Assembly: GCA_951406725.2 (NCBI GenBank)
Contig: OX597822.1
Coordinates: 28,706,001 to 28,770,000 of the forward strand
Reading direction: 5' to 3'
Origin: Octopus vulgaris
Lineage: Eukaryota
Length of the DNA stretch: 64,000 nt
Positions 1 through 13,630 of this stretch are shown piece by piece (position 1 is the stretch's first letter; each line of letters opens with the position of its first letter). Both the position numbers and the translations under genes were made by a program. Below the pieces are notes generated by a model, which was given only the letters and a program-made list of their open reading frames with translations, searched no databases and was not told the origin of the DNA.

Positions 1-38
<38 letters not shown>

Positions 39-184
39 ATAAAAATATATGCATACATACAAACATATATGTACGTACCTACATCTACATGTATATATAC
101 ATGCATATATAAATAATTATACGTGAGTACAGGACACCACAATAAGACGTAGAAACGTTCCACCTCTTGGTTCCTGTTATTTTT

Positions 185-777
185 ATATTATTATATATAT
201 ATATATACATATGTTTGTATGCGTGTGTATGTATTTATGTATGTATGTGTGTACATGTGTATATATTTATATGTATGTATATGTATATGTATATGTTTAT
301 GTATGTATATATATATGCATATATGTGTATTTATATGTGTGCATGTATGTATGTATGTATGTATATGTGTATATGTGTATATATATATGCATGTATGTAT
401 TTATGTATATATATATGTGTGTGTGTATGTGTATATGCTTGTATATGTTTATGTATGCGTATGTGTATTTATATTTACATGTGTATTTGTATATAAATGT
501 ATGTGTGTATGCATGTATATATTTGTGTATGGATGTATGTATATATATACTTTATTTTAAGCAGCAGAAAATTCAACAAAATCTGTTACTCTGAGTTTCT
601 CGTTGCCGTTCATCAGACAGTTTTTGCTAGAATGGAACTTATATATTAATTCAATCTATTACTCTTACAAACGCTACACCTTTAAAAAGAAATGGACTTA
701 AAATAAAGCATATTACTCTACCACTGGTATTTGAGTACTCTTTTTTCAACCTTGTTTCACATTTATGTGTTTACTCC

Positions 778-818
<41 letters not shown>

Positions 819-1235
819 ACATGTACATTTATGTATGGGTATATATATATGTGTATATGTGTAGATGTGTATATGTATGTACGTGTATGTATGTGTATGT
901 ATGTGCATGTATGTATATGTGTGTATGTATGTATGTGTATGTATGTATGTATATGCATGTGTGTATTTATATATGCATATATGTATTTATATGCGTATAT
1001 ATACTTATATATGCGTATATATATTTATATACACATATGTTTTTATATGTGCATTTGTGTTTATATATGCGTGTATATATTTATGTGTGTGTTTGTGTGT
1101 ACGTATGTATATTTATGTATGTGTTTATATATGCATAATTATTTATATGTTTATTTGTACATGGGTATATTTATGTATGTATACTTATGTGTATTTGTAT
1201 ATATATATATATGTGCGTGTGTGTGTCTTTCTATG

Positions 1236-1288
<53 letters not shown>

Positions 1289-1390
1289 ATATATGTATGT
1301 ATGTGTATGTATGTATATGTATGTGCGTATGTATGTATACATATGTATATTCGCATGTGTATGTATGTGTGTTTGTATGTATATTTATTT
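185..1390. repeat. Complex (TA/TG) microsatellite fields (similar at 6990-7380, 28930-29930, 45040-45790)
   Basis: Direct reading; source of the Y/I/C/V/M low-complexity ORFs. Confidence 0.95.
583..620 (-). ncRNA. Minimal hammerhead ribozyme motif
   Basis: Minus strand: ctgt-CTGATGA-acggcaacga-GAAA-ctcagag-TA-acag. Confidence 0.7.
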
Positions 1391-1726
1391 TATATGTTTT
1401 TTCATGTATATTTATCTATTCCCTCCACCTAACAATAACAAACTGCCTACCTCTTCTTGACCACCAAAAAGCAATTGTCTTCTAATTTACCTAAAATCCC
1501 ATCCCATATATCTGTTTCTATTCATTTATTCTATTTATTCATTTATTTATGTTCTCACTGTTTCTTCTCTTTTCACAAAACACTCTGGCCTTTTGACCAC
1601 TCCCCTAAGAACAATAGATTGTGCCCTGTTTATGTCCTAAATACCAACCTACCCAAAAAACGTCCCCCACCACCACTCCATTAAATCTGCCTAAATGCAT
1701 AAATACTAGAACTTATTTTGACAGCC

Positions 1727-1777
1727 AGCTTCCTGAAGATTTCATCTGAATGAAACAGTTCTAGTCCTGTAGAAGCT
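1727..1777 (+). ncRNA. Type I hammerhead ribozyme motif
   Basis: agcttc-CTGAAGA-tttcatctgaat-GAAA-cag ttctagtc ctg-TA-gaagct; stems I, II and III all pair. Confidence 0.8.
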
Positions 1778-1859
1778 CCTTCTATAAAATAAATTACTTT
1801 ACTCTGCTATGTATTGAGTACCTTATTTACTGTGGTTAACCCCGACTCAACCCGGGACC

Positions 1860-1901
<42 letters not shown>

Positions 1902-1904
1902 CAC

Positions 1905-2159
1905 ACACACTCATGAATACATGCACACGCAGAAGTAAATATCGTAAAATGTGCAATGGCTCACACGCGTTCAACGAGAACGAAAATAACATCTTTCAAG
2001 TTGGAACAACCAGTCACGGGTATAGTAACCGGTTCCCTCTAATATGTATATAATACAATTTAACTGAACCTTCAGTCTTTTTTATATGCTAGAGCACTGG
2101 TGTGAAATCGATGTTAATTAAATTAATATCTAATTTCTCACCCTCATTTTCAATTTAAA

Positions 2160-2211
<52 letters not shown>

Positions 2212-2317
2212 CCTGCTCGCTTAGCCAGCGGGGTGGCGTCATTCGAAGGCTAAAACAATGCGAACGCATTGTGACCAGCGATGTGTAACAACAGCTGATG
2301 GTCTGGTCGGTCACGTG

Positions 2318-2412
<95 letters not shown>

Positions 2413-2950
2413 AGGCGATTACTAGTATTTTAGTATTTTGAAAGGGATCGTCTGAAAATAGTGGAAGCTTCTTCGTATCCTCGTTAATCCTGAAATAATG
2501 TGTATATATTCATGCAGAGATAACCCGTCGTTCGATGTACCACCATCATCAGACTTCATCGGCGTCCAATCTATTACGAGCCAAGTTTTCGGCTACACTA
2601 TGTCGTGTCCCTTTGCATATGTCAGAATAAAAAGATAATATATACACGCTAAGACACACACACACATACACACACACACACATGCACGCACACACACACA
2701 TACACACATGCTGTGGTTTGCTTTAACCGTATGCGTATGGGGAATTGTGGAGGTATGGTATAATGTATGTGTGTAAATGCATGTATTTTTATGACTGCAA
2801 CCGGCTTCAGAAAAATGAAACCGGTTACTTTACCCGTGACTGATTGTTCAGACTTCAAAGATATTATTTTCGTTCTCGTTGAACGCGTGTGAGCCATTGC
2901 ACATTTTACGATATTTACTTCTGCGGTGCATGAATTCATGTATGTTTGTG
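1905..2950. repeat. ~135-bp inverted repeats (1905-2035, 2817-2950) around nested repeats
   Basis: gcagaagtaaatatcgtaaaatgtgcaatggctcacacgcgttcaacgagaacgaaaataa and its reverse complement. Confidence 0.85.
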
Positions 2951-2974
2951 TGTGTGTGTGTGTAAATATATATG

Positions 2975-3025
<51 letters not shown>

Positions 3026-3525
3026 ACGCATGTGTTCATTTTATGTGTGTGTATATATACATACGTATATATGTATATAGATATATTTATATATACATGC
3101 ATATACATATTTATATATACATGCATATACATACACTTCTACTTTATGTCGTAAATCTTAAGTACAAAACAAATGTATTCAATACATCTTCCTGTTAATC
3201 TTATAAAGATAAGGATTTTATATGTGCGTGTATGTTGGTACTTATGTGCATTTGTACGTGTGTATATTTGTGTATTTTATATGTGTGTATATATATTAAG
3301 CGTAGTGCAACAGCTTCTTCACTGTATGTTCCACGTGCATATATAATCCTATTCTATACTAAAACAAATAAGGCAATAATGCACGAATTCGATAATTGAA
3401 GGTATTGTCTTTCTACGACAGTAGATTATTGTATACAAATGACTCCCTTGCATCATATTATTACTCAACCTTTAATACGTCTATTCTCAATACCTACTAG
3501 ACACACTGCAATTCGATATTTATTG

Positions 3526-3584
<59 letters not shown>

Positions 3585-4202
3585 TAACTTCATATATGTT
3601 TCTCTTACGCTATATCTTATGCTTCTATTATTTTTTGTATTAGTAGCATTAATGAGCCAATCATTTTATCACTAGCCGTTTTCTGAAAGAAAACAATTGA
3701 TAATTTTGGAGGAAAAAGAATTGAAAAGATCGAGGGCGCATTTTCATAATAACTGACAAAAAACAGCAAAATGGCAGCCCCAGATGCATGATGTTATTCG
3801 TCAAGATGTCTGCTAAGTAAACAGTGATATTTTGATGATATCCAAATTAATGAGGGGAATAACGAACAAAAATTCAACAATTTGAACTTTGAAATAAAAT
3901 CTGGTAAGTCTTCTTAATTGTTTCTTCTTCATCACATTCTTCCTAGAGATACCAGTGTGTAACGAAGCTTATCCAAGATATATTCTTTCTTGTTTGGGAA
4001 TGAGATTCCAATCTATCACAAGAGACCCAACAATAATTGCTGTTACTATTTTAAGCTTTCTCAGTTCAAACCATTTTAACAAACATAATATTTTGCTAAA
4101 CGATTACTAATGTTTTCTTTTGATTCTAGTATACTGCTTAAACTCTACTGATTACATATAGAATAACACTTAACTAATAAATCAAGCTAGTTCCAAAATT
4201 AT

Positions 4203-4795
<593 letters not shown>

Positions 4796-5870
4796 TGTCC
4801 TTGGATTGCAAATGCATCCTTTGAAATGTCATGTGATGTAGCGATCTCGAATCCAAGAGAGGCTTCGTTTCATATCAATGTTACTATCTTTTTAAATTCT
4901 ATGAGAAACATGCCCATGCATGGTCCTTTTTGTTTATTTTTTGGGGGTTTGTTTTTTGGTATCCTGAGTGTTTCACTTCCAGGCCTTCTTTAGGGTATGA
5001 TTGTCAGGCTGATTCAAGGTTGTATCAGAGGTCATCAGGAAGAGAGTAATTCCTAAGGAGTTCGCTTCCAATACGTAGGATAGTGTTTTGTTTTTTTCTT
5101 TTCACTTCTTCGTACTAAGTTAATGTTTTTATTTTTGCTACTGTTGTTTAGCAAGTGCTGTCTGAGAGAGATTATGCGACATCCGAAGGCTGTCTGCATT
5201 GATCTAAGCCGCTTCTTTATCTCTTATTGTCGATATCACCAGTTGATGTTAGAATCTCACAGGTTTTAACGTCTAAGTATATATACATAGTTTAAAATTA
5301 ACATCTAAAACCAATGCTCTAGTGGTGAATCAGATAAAATACATGTGAAAATATGTACAAACCATTTATTATAACATATATAATATAATCATTTTCTTAA
5401 ACGTGTTTTTTTCTCTGTCTTTTTACACAGGCCGTCGAAGCAATCGGTCGTAATTCCTCTAGTCTCCACTTCAACCTGTTTTGGCTCTCTGTTGCCCTTC
5501 TGTTTCCAGACCTTCGTCTTCATCTAACCTTAAGGTTATATTCTGTTTATTTCGTTTTTGGCCCTCATCCGTGCACTAACGGTCTCGTCTTGAATTAAAT
5601 TTATTCATTTTCATATGTCCACTTCCGTATCGTTTGTTATCTATGTATTGTTTGTTTTCGGTCCCACATTCCCAGCAACTCCTGCCGGTGCCACCAGATG
5701 GGAATCATCGTTAAACACGAAATTACGTTTGATTTACTGGCCGATAACTGATGAAGAATTGGAGACCTTCTGTGTCTGCTTTCTGTTCGTTTGTGCATTT
5801 ACTGTACGTTTTTAACATACATACATACCTACATACATACATACATACATACATACATACATACATGTAC

Positions 5871-5944
<74 letters not shown>

Positions 5945-6125
5945 TGTGTGTGTATGTATATGTATGTATATGTAGGTTATGAGAGGTAATGGTGCCAAGA
6001 AGACCCAAAGGTATCAGGTAATGCTGAGTAAGTGCTATGGACAGACTATAGTTAAGCTCCAGGAGGTTCGGTGATTATGCGAATGAGGAGTCCAACGTAG
6101 GTCATATATTAGCATGCATATATAT

Positions 6126-6490
6126 ATAAAAATTAACAGAATGAGATAAAAATCCAAGGCTGTGAAATATCTCAGAACATTTATAAAGAGAAGGTCTTAC
6201 AGCTGTTTCCGGGATATTTTATATATCCCTTCATCGGAGACGCTGCGAGAAGGTGGTTAAGCAATTGTTATTCTATATACAATATCCCTGCATATCTCAC
6301 GTCTGTTTTCATTCTACTTCACTCTCTATTTCATATCTTCTTTAGAATAACTACTGCTTAACCATTTTCTCGCACCGTCTCCGATGAAGGAATATATAAA
6401 ATATCCCGGAAACAGTTGTAAGACCTTCTCTTTATAAATATTCTGAAATCTTTCACAGCCTTGGTTTTTCATCTCATTCTGTTAATGTTA
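6126..6490. mobile_element. Inverted-repeat mini-element with a hammerhead-like motif in each arm (- 6194-6241, + 6377-6424)
   Basis: Arms 6126-6270 and 6345-6490; motif gtct-CCGATGA-agggata...tatcccg-GAAA-cagctg-TA-agac. Confidence 0.75.
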
Positions 6491-6563
6491 TATATATACA
6501 TATGTGTATGTGCGTGTGCGTGTGTGTGTGTGCGTGTGCGTGTGTGTATGTATGTGTGTGTGT

Positions 6564-6603
<40 letters not shown>

Positions 6604-7082
6604 TACGAGTGTTATTAAAGATAAATTTCAAAATTATGCTTGGTAGGAATATAGTATCAAAGTGAGTACTGTAGTTGCATGTACCGGTTATTAATGCCAG
6701 CCAACCTCCATGAGTGTCTAAAACCTTCAGTTAGTTTGATTTACTAACCTCAGTCTATCTTCCCAGCGATAAATCCAAATGTCTATGTAGAGACTACTAT
6801 TTTCCGGTATATATATATATTCCTCGGGAGTAGAAAATCCAAGTTTCCCGACGATCACACCGTAAATAATCCAAATATTACGACAATGAAAATTCTTTAA
6901 CACATCTTTAATGATTTGTTACAACTGTTTCTGTACCAACTCTACAGACGTGTTAAATAATTGTCTTTGTCTTATTATTATTATTTGGATAAATGTATAT
7001 GTACGTGTGAGTGTGTGCATGCGTGCATGTGAGTGTCTATGTGTATTGTATGTGTGTGTGTGTGTGTGTGTGTGAATAAAAG

Positions 7083-7148
<66 letters not shown>

Positions 7149-7199
7149 CACATATATACATATACATATACATATATATATATATACACATATACATAC

Positions 7200-7251
<52 letters not shown>

Positions 7252-7313
7252 GTATATGTATGTATGTGTATGTATATATATATATATATATATACATACA
7301 CATACATACATAT

Positions 7314-7365
<52 letters not shown>

Positions 7366-7808
7366 TATGTGTGTTGTATGTGTTACAAGATAGTTAATGA
7401 ATGATAAAGAGCATTTGTATTACACTAAACTGAGAATAATTATCCGTTCTATTTATTTAAATACGAATATGATATCTTCATTTTTAAAATAGCTGAATGA
7501 ATAATAGCATTTGGGAATTAACGAATAAAAGAACATTAAGTGACGGCTGATATATAATACCACAATTGCTTACAATTAGCGAGGACTGATGAAATTAAGG
7601 AAATAAGAGTGGCTTTCCGTCATATTTATCAACGTAACTCCGCGTAGTGTCTTCAGCCATAATTAATATTTGAAGATAGAATAATTGAAAAGACATCACA
7701 TAAAAAAACCCATAACCTCCGGTAGAATCTTATAATTCTCTTTTTAGTTAGAAATAGAACTTATATATGCATACATACATACATACTACATACATACATA
7801 CATATATG

Positions 7809-7883
<75 letters not shown>

Positions 7884-7891
7884 GTAGGTAG

Positions 7892-7967
<76 letters not shown>
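7809..7967. repeat. (TAGA)n microsatellite
   Basis: Direct reading. Confidence 0.95.
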
Positions 7968-8008
7968 TACATAATATACATATATACACACATAGATATG
8001 CACAAATA

Positions 8009-8242
8009 CTATTTCTTTATTGCCCACAATGGGCTAAACATAGAGGGGACGAACAAGTACAGACAAAGGAATTAAGTCGATTACATCGACCCCAGTGCGT
8101 AACTGGTACTTAATTTATCGGGCTCGAAAGGATGAAAGGTAAAGTCGACCTCGGCGGAATTTGAACTCAGAACGTGACGGCAGACGAAATACCGCTAAGC
8201 ATTTCACCCGGCGTGCTAACGGGTTCTGCCAGCTAATCGCCT
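8009..8242 (-). mobile_element. tRNA-derived SINE (same family as 23214)
   Basis: Full-length reverse-complement match to 23214-23443. Confidence 0.85.
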
Positions 8243-8337
8243 TTAAATACACAGATACACAGATACACATATGCATGCATGTATGCATACATACATACAT
8301 ACATACATACATACATACATACATACATACATACATA

Positions 8338-9313
8338 CGAGGGGAAGTCAAAAATTATCACCACTTCACTTTAACATATCTTTATTGTCACACTGCCTTT
8401 TGCGCATACGTGCTTATTGTAGGTACTATTGTAGTCACGTGTTCGAAGTTTGAGCCTCATCACACCATTTTTCTTTCTGGTTTTACAGTCTAAGCATGGC
8501 CGTTTCATTAGCAATGTGCACCAAAGAAGAACAACGAGCAGTGATCCGATTTTTCTGGTCGAAATGTGTTTCAGGTACTGAAATTCATTAGAGTCTTTTA
8601 GTGTAATACGGGAAGAGTGCACTATCACGTAGATGTGTGTATGAGTGGATCGAAAAGTTTAAAAGTTGCCGGATAAGCGTGACGCACGAAGAAGGCACAG
8701 GACACCCGACAAACTTCACCACTGTGGAGGCACATGGCCTAGTGGTTAGAGCAGCGGACTCGCGGTCGAGGGATCGCGGGTTCGAATCTCAGACTGGGTG
8801 ATGTGCGTGTTTATGAGCGAAAACACCTAAGCTCCACGCGGCTCCGGCAGAAGGTAATGGCGGACTTTTGCTGACTCTTTCGCCACAACTTTCTTTCACT
8901 CGTTTCTCCTGCATCTTGCAGCTCACCTGCGATGGACCGGTGTCCCGTCCAGGTGGAGAACCTATAGGCCAAGAAACCGGGAAACCGGCCCTTGTGAGCC
9001 AGGCATAGCTCGAGAAGGAACAAACAACCTTCACCACTGACGAGAAGATTCAGTAAGCTCGAGAGATGGTAAAAGTGAATCGGTTCACCATTACCATCTC
9101 TCGGATCACTGCTCTTTGTTCTTCTCTGGTGCACAATGGTATTGGAGCGGCTATGCTTACATTGTAAAGCCAAAAAGAAAAATGGTGTGATCAGGCTCAA
9201 ACTTTGATCACGTGACCACAATAGTACCAACTAGAAGCATGCATGCGCAGAGGGCAGTGTGACAATAATAAAGATATGTTATGGTGTAAGTACGGATATT
9301 TTTTAACTTCTCG
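8338..9313 (+). mobile_element. Non-autonomous mariner element with ~140-bp terminal inverted repeats
   Basis: TA|CGAGGGGAAGTCAAAAAT start; 8338-8480 is inverted at 9170-9313. Internal remnant from 8496 reads MCTKEEQRAVIRF...GTEIH...YGKSALSRRCVYEWIEKFK (mariner transposase HTH). Confidence 0.85.
8725..9028 (+). mobile_element. tRNA-derived SINE nested in the mariner element
   Basis: A box tggcctagtggtt and B box ggttcgaatct; 11-bp target-site duplication cttcaccactg at 8714-8724 and 9029-9039. Confidence 0.85.
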
Positions 9314-9326
9314 TGTTTGTGTGTGT

Positions 9327-9391
<65 letters not shown>

Positions 9392-9400
9392 TGTATGTTT

Positions 9401-9748
9401 GAAGGTGCCTGGCACAATAGTTAGAGCGTCAGGCGCTCAGTCTTGAGGTAGTGAGTTCGATTCCCAGACCGGGCTGTATTACGTTCTTGAGCAAGACACT
9501 TTATCTCACGTTGCTCCAGGTCACTCAGCTGAAGAAATGAGTTGCAATGTCACTGGTACCAAGTTGTATCCACCTTGGATAACATTGGTAGCGTGGGGAA
9601 GGGAGGGGAGGGGAGGCTGGTATGCATGGGCGACTACCTTTCATTCTTGTGGTATCAATAAGATAAGTACCAGTTTAGCACTGGGATCGATCTAATCGAC
9701 TACCCACCTCACCAAAATTTCAGGCCTTGTGCCTATAGTAGAAAGAAT
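9401..9748 (+). mobile_element. tRNA-derived SINE plus a 3' fragment of another SINE
   Basis: B box gagttcgattccc; central gttcttgagcaagacact...cactcagctg; then cctttcatt...taagtaccag. Confidence 0.7.
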
Positions 9749-10659
9749 ATGTATGTGTGTATGTACGTATGTATGTATATCTGTATGTATATTTGCATAC
9801 ATGCATGCATGAATGTATGCATATATATATGCATATATGTAAGCAAGCAGGTTCGTTTTCAGCAATTTCAGTTTTAGGAAATTTGGAAAGAACTAGAACA
9901 GTATATTGAATTATGATAACGCATATTATATATATATTTCTTTACTACCCACAAGGGGCTAAACGCATATTATATATAGGAGAGAAACAGACATAGTCCC
10001 TACAGTGACTAACGCGAACGACGGTCGCGTTTCACCTTTATCGAGGTTTGACAATGCCATGCACACGACTCTTACCTGCTTAAACAAAATTCGTGCCTCG
10101 TTGTATAGGAAACAGTGGATAAATTTTTCAATGATATTGCCCAAGCTTGCTGGACTGAAATAAAATTCAACATACGCAATTGAGATAGCATTAAATTGAA
10201 ATCCACATCTATCTATCGTACCAACTGTATACACACCGTTAAGCATGATGCTCTAGAATATTTATACATATTGTTGTTTTATTTTTAATTCTCATCACAT
10301 ATTTTATAGGCCTTCTTTGTTTGAAACCCCAAGCTTAATCTTGCCACCTAAACGTTAATCAATTAATAAACTCCGTGATCAATGACTTAGTAAAATCTCC
10401 CAATCATTAACGCAAGTATTCAATTAAGTAACCTAAGAGTTTGACCTTTCTATTGCATTCATCTTCGTTGTACTTTTTACTAACATCGTAAGCTATAAAT
10501 TGAATATTCTGTTAGGCTCATCGAAAGAGCATTTCATACACCGCAAGCTCAGCAATAATTTTAGATTACATATCAAGATTATAATCTTATGAAAGTTTTG
10601 AATTTAACTATTTCTATCTACGTACAAAGAACTAAATATTCTTTTCTTTCTTTTATTCT

Positions 10660-10850
10660 TTTATTTGTTTCAGTCATTTGACTGCGGCCATGCTGGACCA
10701 CCGCCTTTAGTCAAGCAATTCGACCCCAGCACTTATTCTTTGTAAGCTTAATACTTATTCTATCGGTCTCTCTTGCCGAACCGCTAAGTTACGGAGATAT
10801 AAAAACACCAGCATAGGTTGTCAAGCGATATTGGGGGGACAAACACAGAC
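10660..10850 (-). mobile_element. SINE-like interspersed repeat (copies at 32910-33090 +, 48485-48615 +, 63945-64000 +)
   Basis: Shared ccccgtaacttaacggttcggcaagagagaccaatagaataa segment. Confidence 0.75.
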
Positions 10851-10909
10851 ACACAAACATAGACATACACACAAACACACACACACAAACACGTATATAT
10901 ATGTATATA

Positions 10910-10987
<78 letters not shown>

Positions 10988-11039
10988 TCAATAAATGGTG
11001 GGGTTGTGTTGACCGCACGTGGAGAAATGATAAGTAAGG

Positions 11040-12335
11040 AAAATTTTTTTTAAAAATGCAGAATGCTCAAATGAAAGAAAATTTTAATAAAATGAGAAAA
11101 TGATAAAATATATAAATATATATTTATTCAACCGGTTTTCGTCATTGTATGACTTGTCAAGAATATTTATGTTTTAAGAAGTTTTTTTAAAAATTAGAAA
11201 GGGGAAAAAAAGAAAATTGCATTGTTTTTTGTAAAAGAATAATGATAAAAATGTACAAAAATTGAAAAATAAGTTCTCCGATACATTGTGAGTTCGTTGT
11301 GTATCTTGAGTTTTATGGTTGTTTACCAAAAAATTACCTTGAGGTGTTAAGATCCAAAGGGATTAAGAGCATGTGATGTGTTGTGTTGTTAAATTCAGCA
11401 TGTTGCAGGACAGGAAGTAGTAGTAATTGTGGTCCTGGTTCTTCAGTTCCTGTGTTGTGAGTAAGGGGAGACAACTCTTTTGAGTTCTTCAATAAAACCC
11501 AAATTATAAAACTATCATTTTAGCTTCATTTGCATTATCTTTTTTATATAATTGCTTGTTAACTTAACTTTCAGATTTTAACACTTTATTTATATTATTT
11601 TCTAATAATATAAATCTGCATAGACAATTGCATTTCAAATTGTCATATCATTTATAATAAAAATGATAGTAATAACAACAATAGTAAAAATGATATTTAA
11701 AGAATATAAGTTTTAGCTTGAAGTGATGAATGCATGGTATCTTTATATATTTGTGTTAGTCCATCCATGAAGAGTGAGGTAGAGAAAGGAAGTTTGATCA
11801 ACGAGGAGTTTGCATATTAAGTTGTGTTTGGAATTTTTCAATAAAGAGATTCTCCTTGTTAATTCTCTCCTGTGTGGTGATCCCGTCTTTACATTGGTAG
11901 AAGGGGAATATATAGAATTTGGGGTTTAAGTCTTTAGCACATGAGTCTAAGTGGTCACTCAGTGGAATTTGTCGGTATTCCGGGAGATTTATTTGTTCTT
12001 TATGCACCGTTACTCGTTTACGTAACGGGAGACTCGTTTGTCCAACATAATTATGTTGGCAACCAGCGCATGTGAGAACGTAGATAAGGTTCTCGGAGGA
12101 ACAGGAGAAGTTAGTCTTGATTTTAAACTTCGTACCTTGTTTGAAGGTAAATTCAGAGCCTTCAAGTAGAAAGGGGCAGGTACCACAGTTTGAGCGTGCA
12201 CATTTTTTTACTGTTTGGGGTGGATGTGGTGTGTGAAGTTTGGCATTTGTCAAGAGTTTTTTTAAAGATTTGTGTTGCCTTTTGCATTTGAGGATTTTGT
12301 GTGTATTTATAATGTTTTTCATTTTTGGGTCTGTT
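11040..12335 (-). mobile_element. 3' portion of a second Penelope-like family (GIY-YIG ORF 11798..12322 plus 3' non-coding region)
   Basis: CARSNCGTCPF zinc-knuckle-like linker and NLIYVLTCAGCQHNYVGQT...LRKRVTVH GIY-YIG; hammerhead-like motif at 11125-11165. Confidence 0.88.
11125..11165 (-). ncRNA. Hammerhead-like motif (U3:A8 variant) 3' of the Penelope endonuclease
   Basis: tattc-TTGACAA-gtcat aca atgac-GAAA-(a)ccgg-TT-gaata, with aataaa immediately following. Confidence 0.6.
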
Positions 12336-12900
12336 GAGGTTATTGTTTGGGTTTAGTTGGGCTGTATAAAAAGCTTTCAACACATCTCTATAGTCCTCTC
12401 TGGTCCATTTTATACGTTTTGCTTTAGGTGGTGTTTTTGGTGGTGTCACTACAAGTCCAGAGTTAGAAGTATTCTGGTTCTGGTCACCTGGTAGATCGTC
12501 TTTTTGAGAGTTTGTTCCAGCAGCAAACTTTTCGACCCCAGTCTGGTTCCCTACTGGGTAACGCGGTCCTTGTTGTCCCGGGTGATGACCGATCCGGCAT
12601 GATTTTTGGCTTGTTTTCATTAAATGATTGACGGTGACATCAGAGGGGTCTATTTTTTCCGAGTCAACTTTTTGACAAGACGCCGCTTCTGTGACGGTGA
12701 CGTTAGAAGGGACAGTTTGTACAGGGTCAATTTTTTGATAAGACACCGCTTCTGAATTCTCCGAATTAATATATTGTTCATATCGAACTCGCATAAGACT
12801 TACAGATCGAAATTCGCCTCTATTTATTTTGGTAGTCATGTTTCCGGGCATAACTGTTCAGTGACTTTCTAAATTCCGTGACCAATTTTCTCTTTTTTGC
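12336..12900 (-). mobile_element. 5' fragment of an R4/Dong-like non-LTR retrotransposon
   Basis: KRIKWTREDYRDVLKAFYTAQLNP resembles RHKWIREEYISILHAHFTAVLYP at the N-terminus of the 59.5-63.7 kb element; a (TAA)n tract lies upstream at 13360-13630. Confidence 0.6.
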
Positions 12901-13359
12901 GTTTGTTCGTGAAAAATCGCTTTGTTTTTGTTTTGTTTTCGTCCGCGTAACGTGGTTTTTCTTTCTGTGTGTACGTGTGAGCGCGTGTATGCATTATTTA
13001 TGCTTTATAATTAAAATGTGTACATGTATGCACAAACAGTTGCATGTATATTTTATAATTAAAATGTGTACGTGTATGCATAAACAGTTGCATGTATACT
13101 TATTTAATTAATTAATTAATTAATCAATTTATGTACTTACTGTCTTTCAAGTGCTCTGATGTTCGCTTCTATTTCTTATGCATGTCACATGGAAATATTA
13201 TGCATAAAAGAAAGAAAACCATACTATATATGGCAATAATAGTTCGGACTTTTCAGTTACTTTGCCTTAAAAGAAAATTTTGTGGAATCTTTCTTCCATT
13301 GCAACGATGTTGTTGGATTAAATTCGTTTTTTGGAGAGAGGCTCCCAGGGAACATCCAT

Positions 13360-13363
13360 GTTG

Positions 13364-13421
<58 letters not shown>

Positions 13422-13504
13422 CATCATCACTATTATTATCATTATTATCATCATTATTATTATTATTATTATCATCATTGTTATTATTATTATTATTATT
13501 ATTA

Positions 13505-13553
<49 letters not shown>

Positions 13554-13589
13554 TACTATTACTATTACTATTATTACTATTAATATTAC

Positions 13590-13629
<40 letters not shown>

Positions 13630-13630
13630 T
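13360..13630. repeat. (TAA)n microsatellite (others at 35120-35270, 42985-43070, 50590-50745, 59473-59533, 63655-63720)
   Basis: Direct reading. Confidence 0.95.

Noticed and set aside
167-1485. Many overlapping ORFs rich in Y/I/C/V/M/H/T (also at 2.8-3.2, 5.7-8.0, 27.8-30.0, 45.0-45.8 and 58.9-59.2 kb)
   Set aside because: They are translations of TA/TG/CA microsatellites that lack stop codons and carry no protein signal.
7583-7620. CTGATGA...GAAA hammerhead-like spacing
   Set aside because: Stems II and III do not pair convincingly, so this is probably chance.
8725-8800. tRNA-like sequence with A and B boxes
   Set aside because: It continues into a SINE body with a TSD and has relatives at 56.9-57.4 kb; it is a SINE head, not a tRNA gene.
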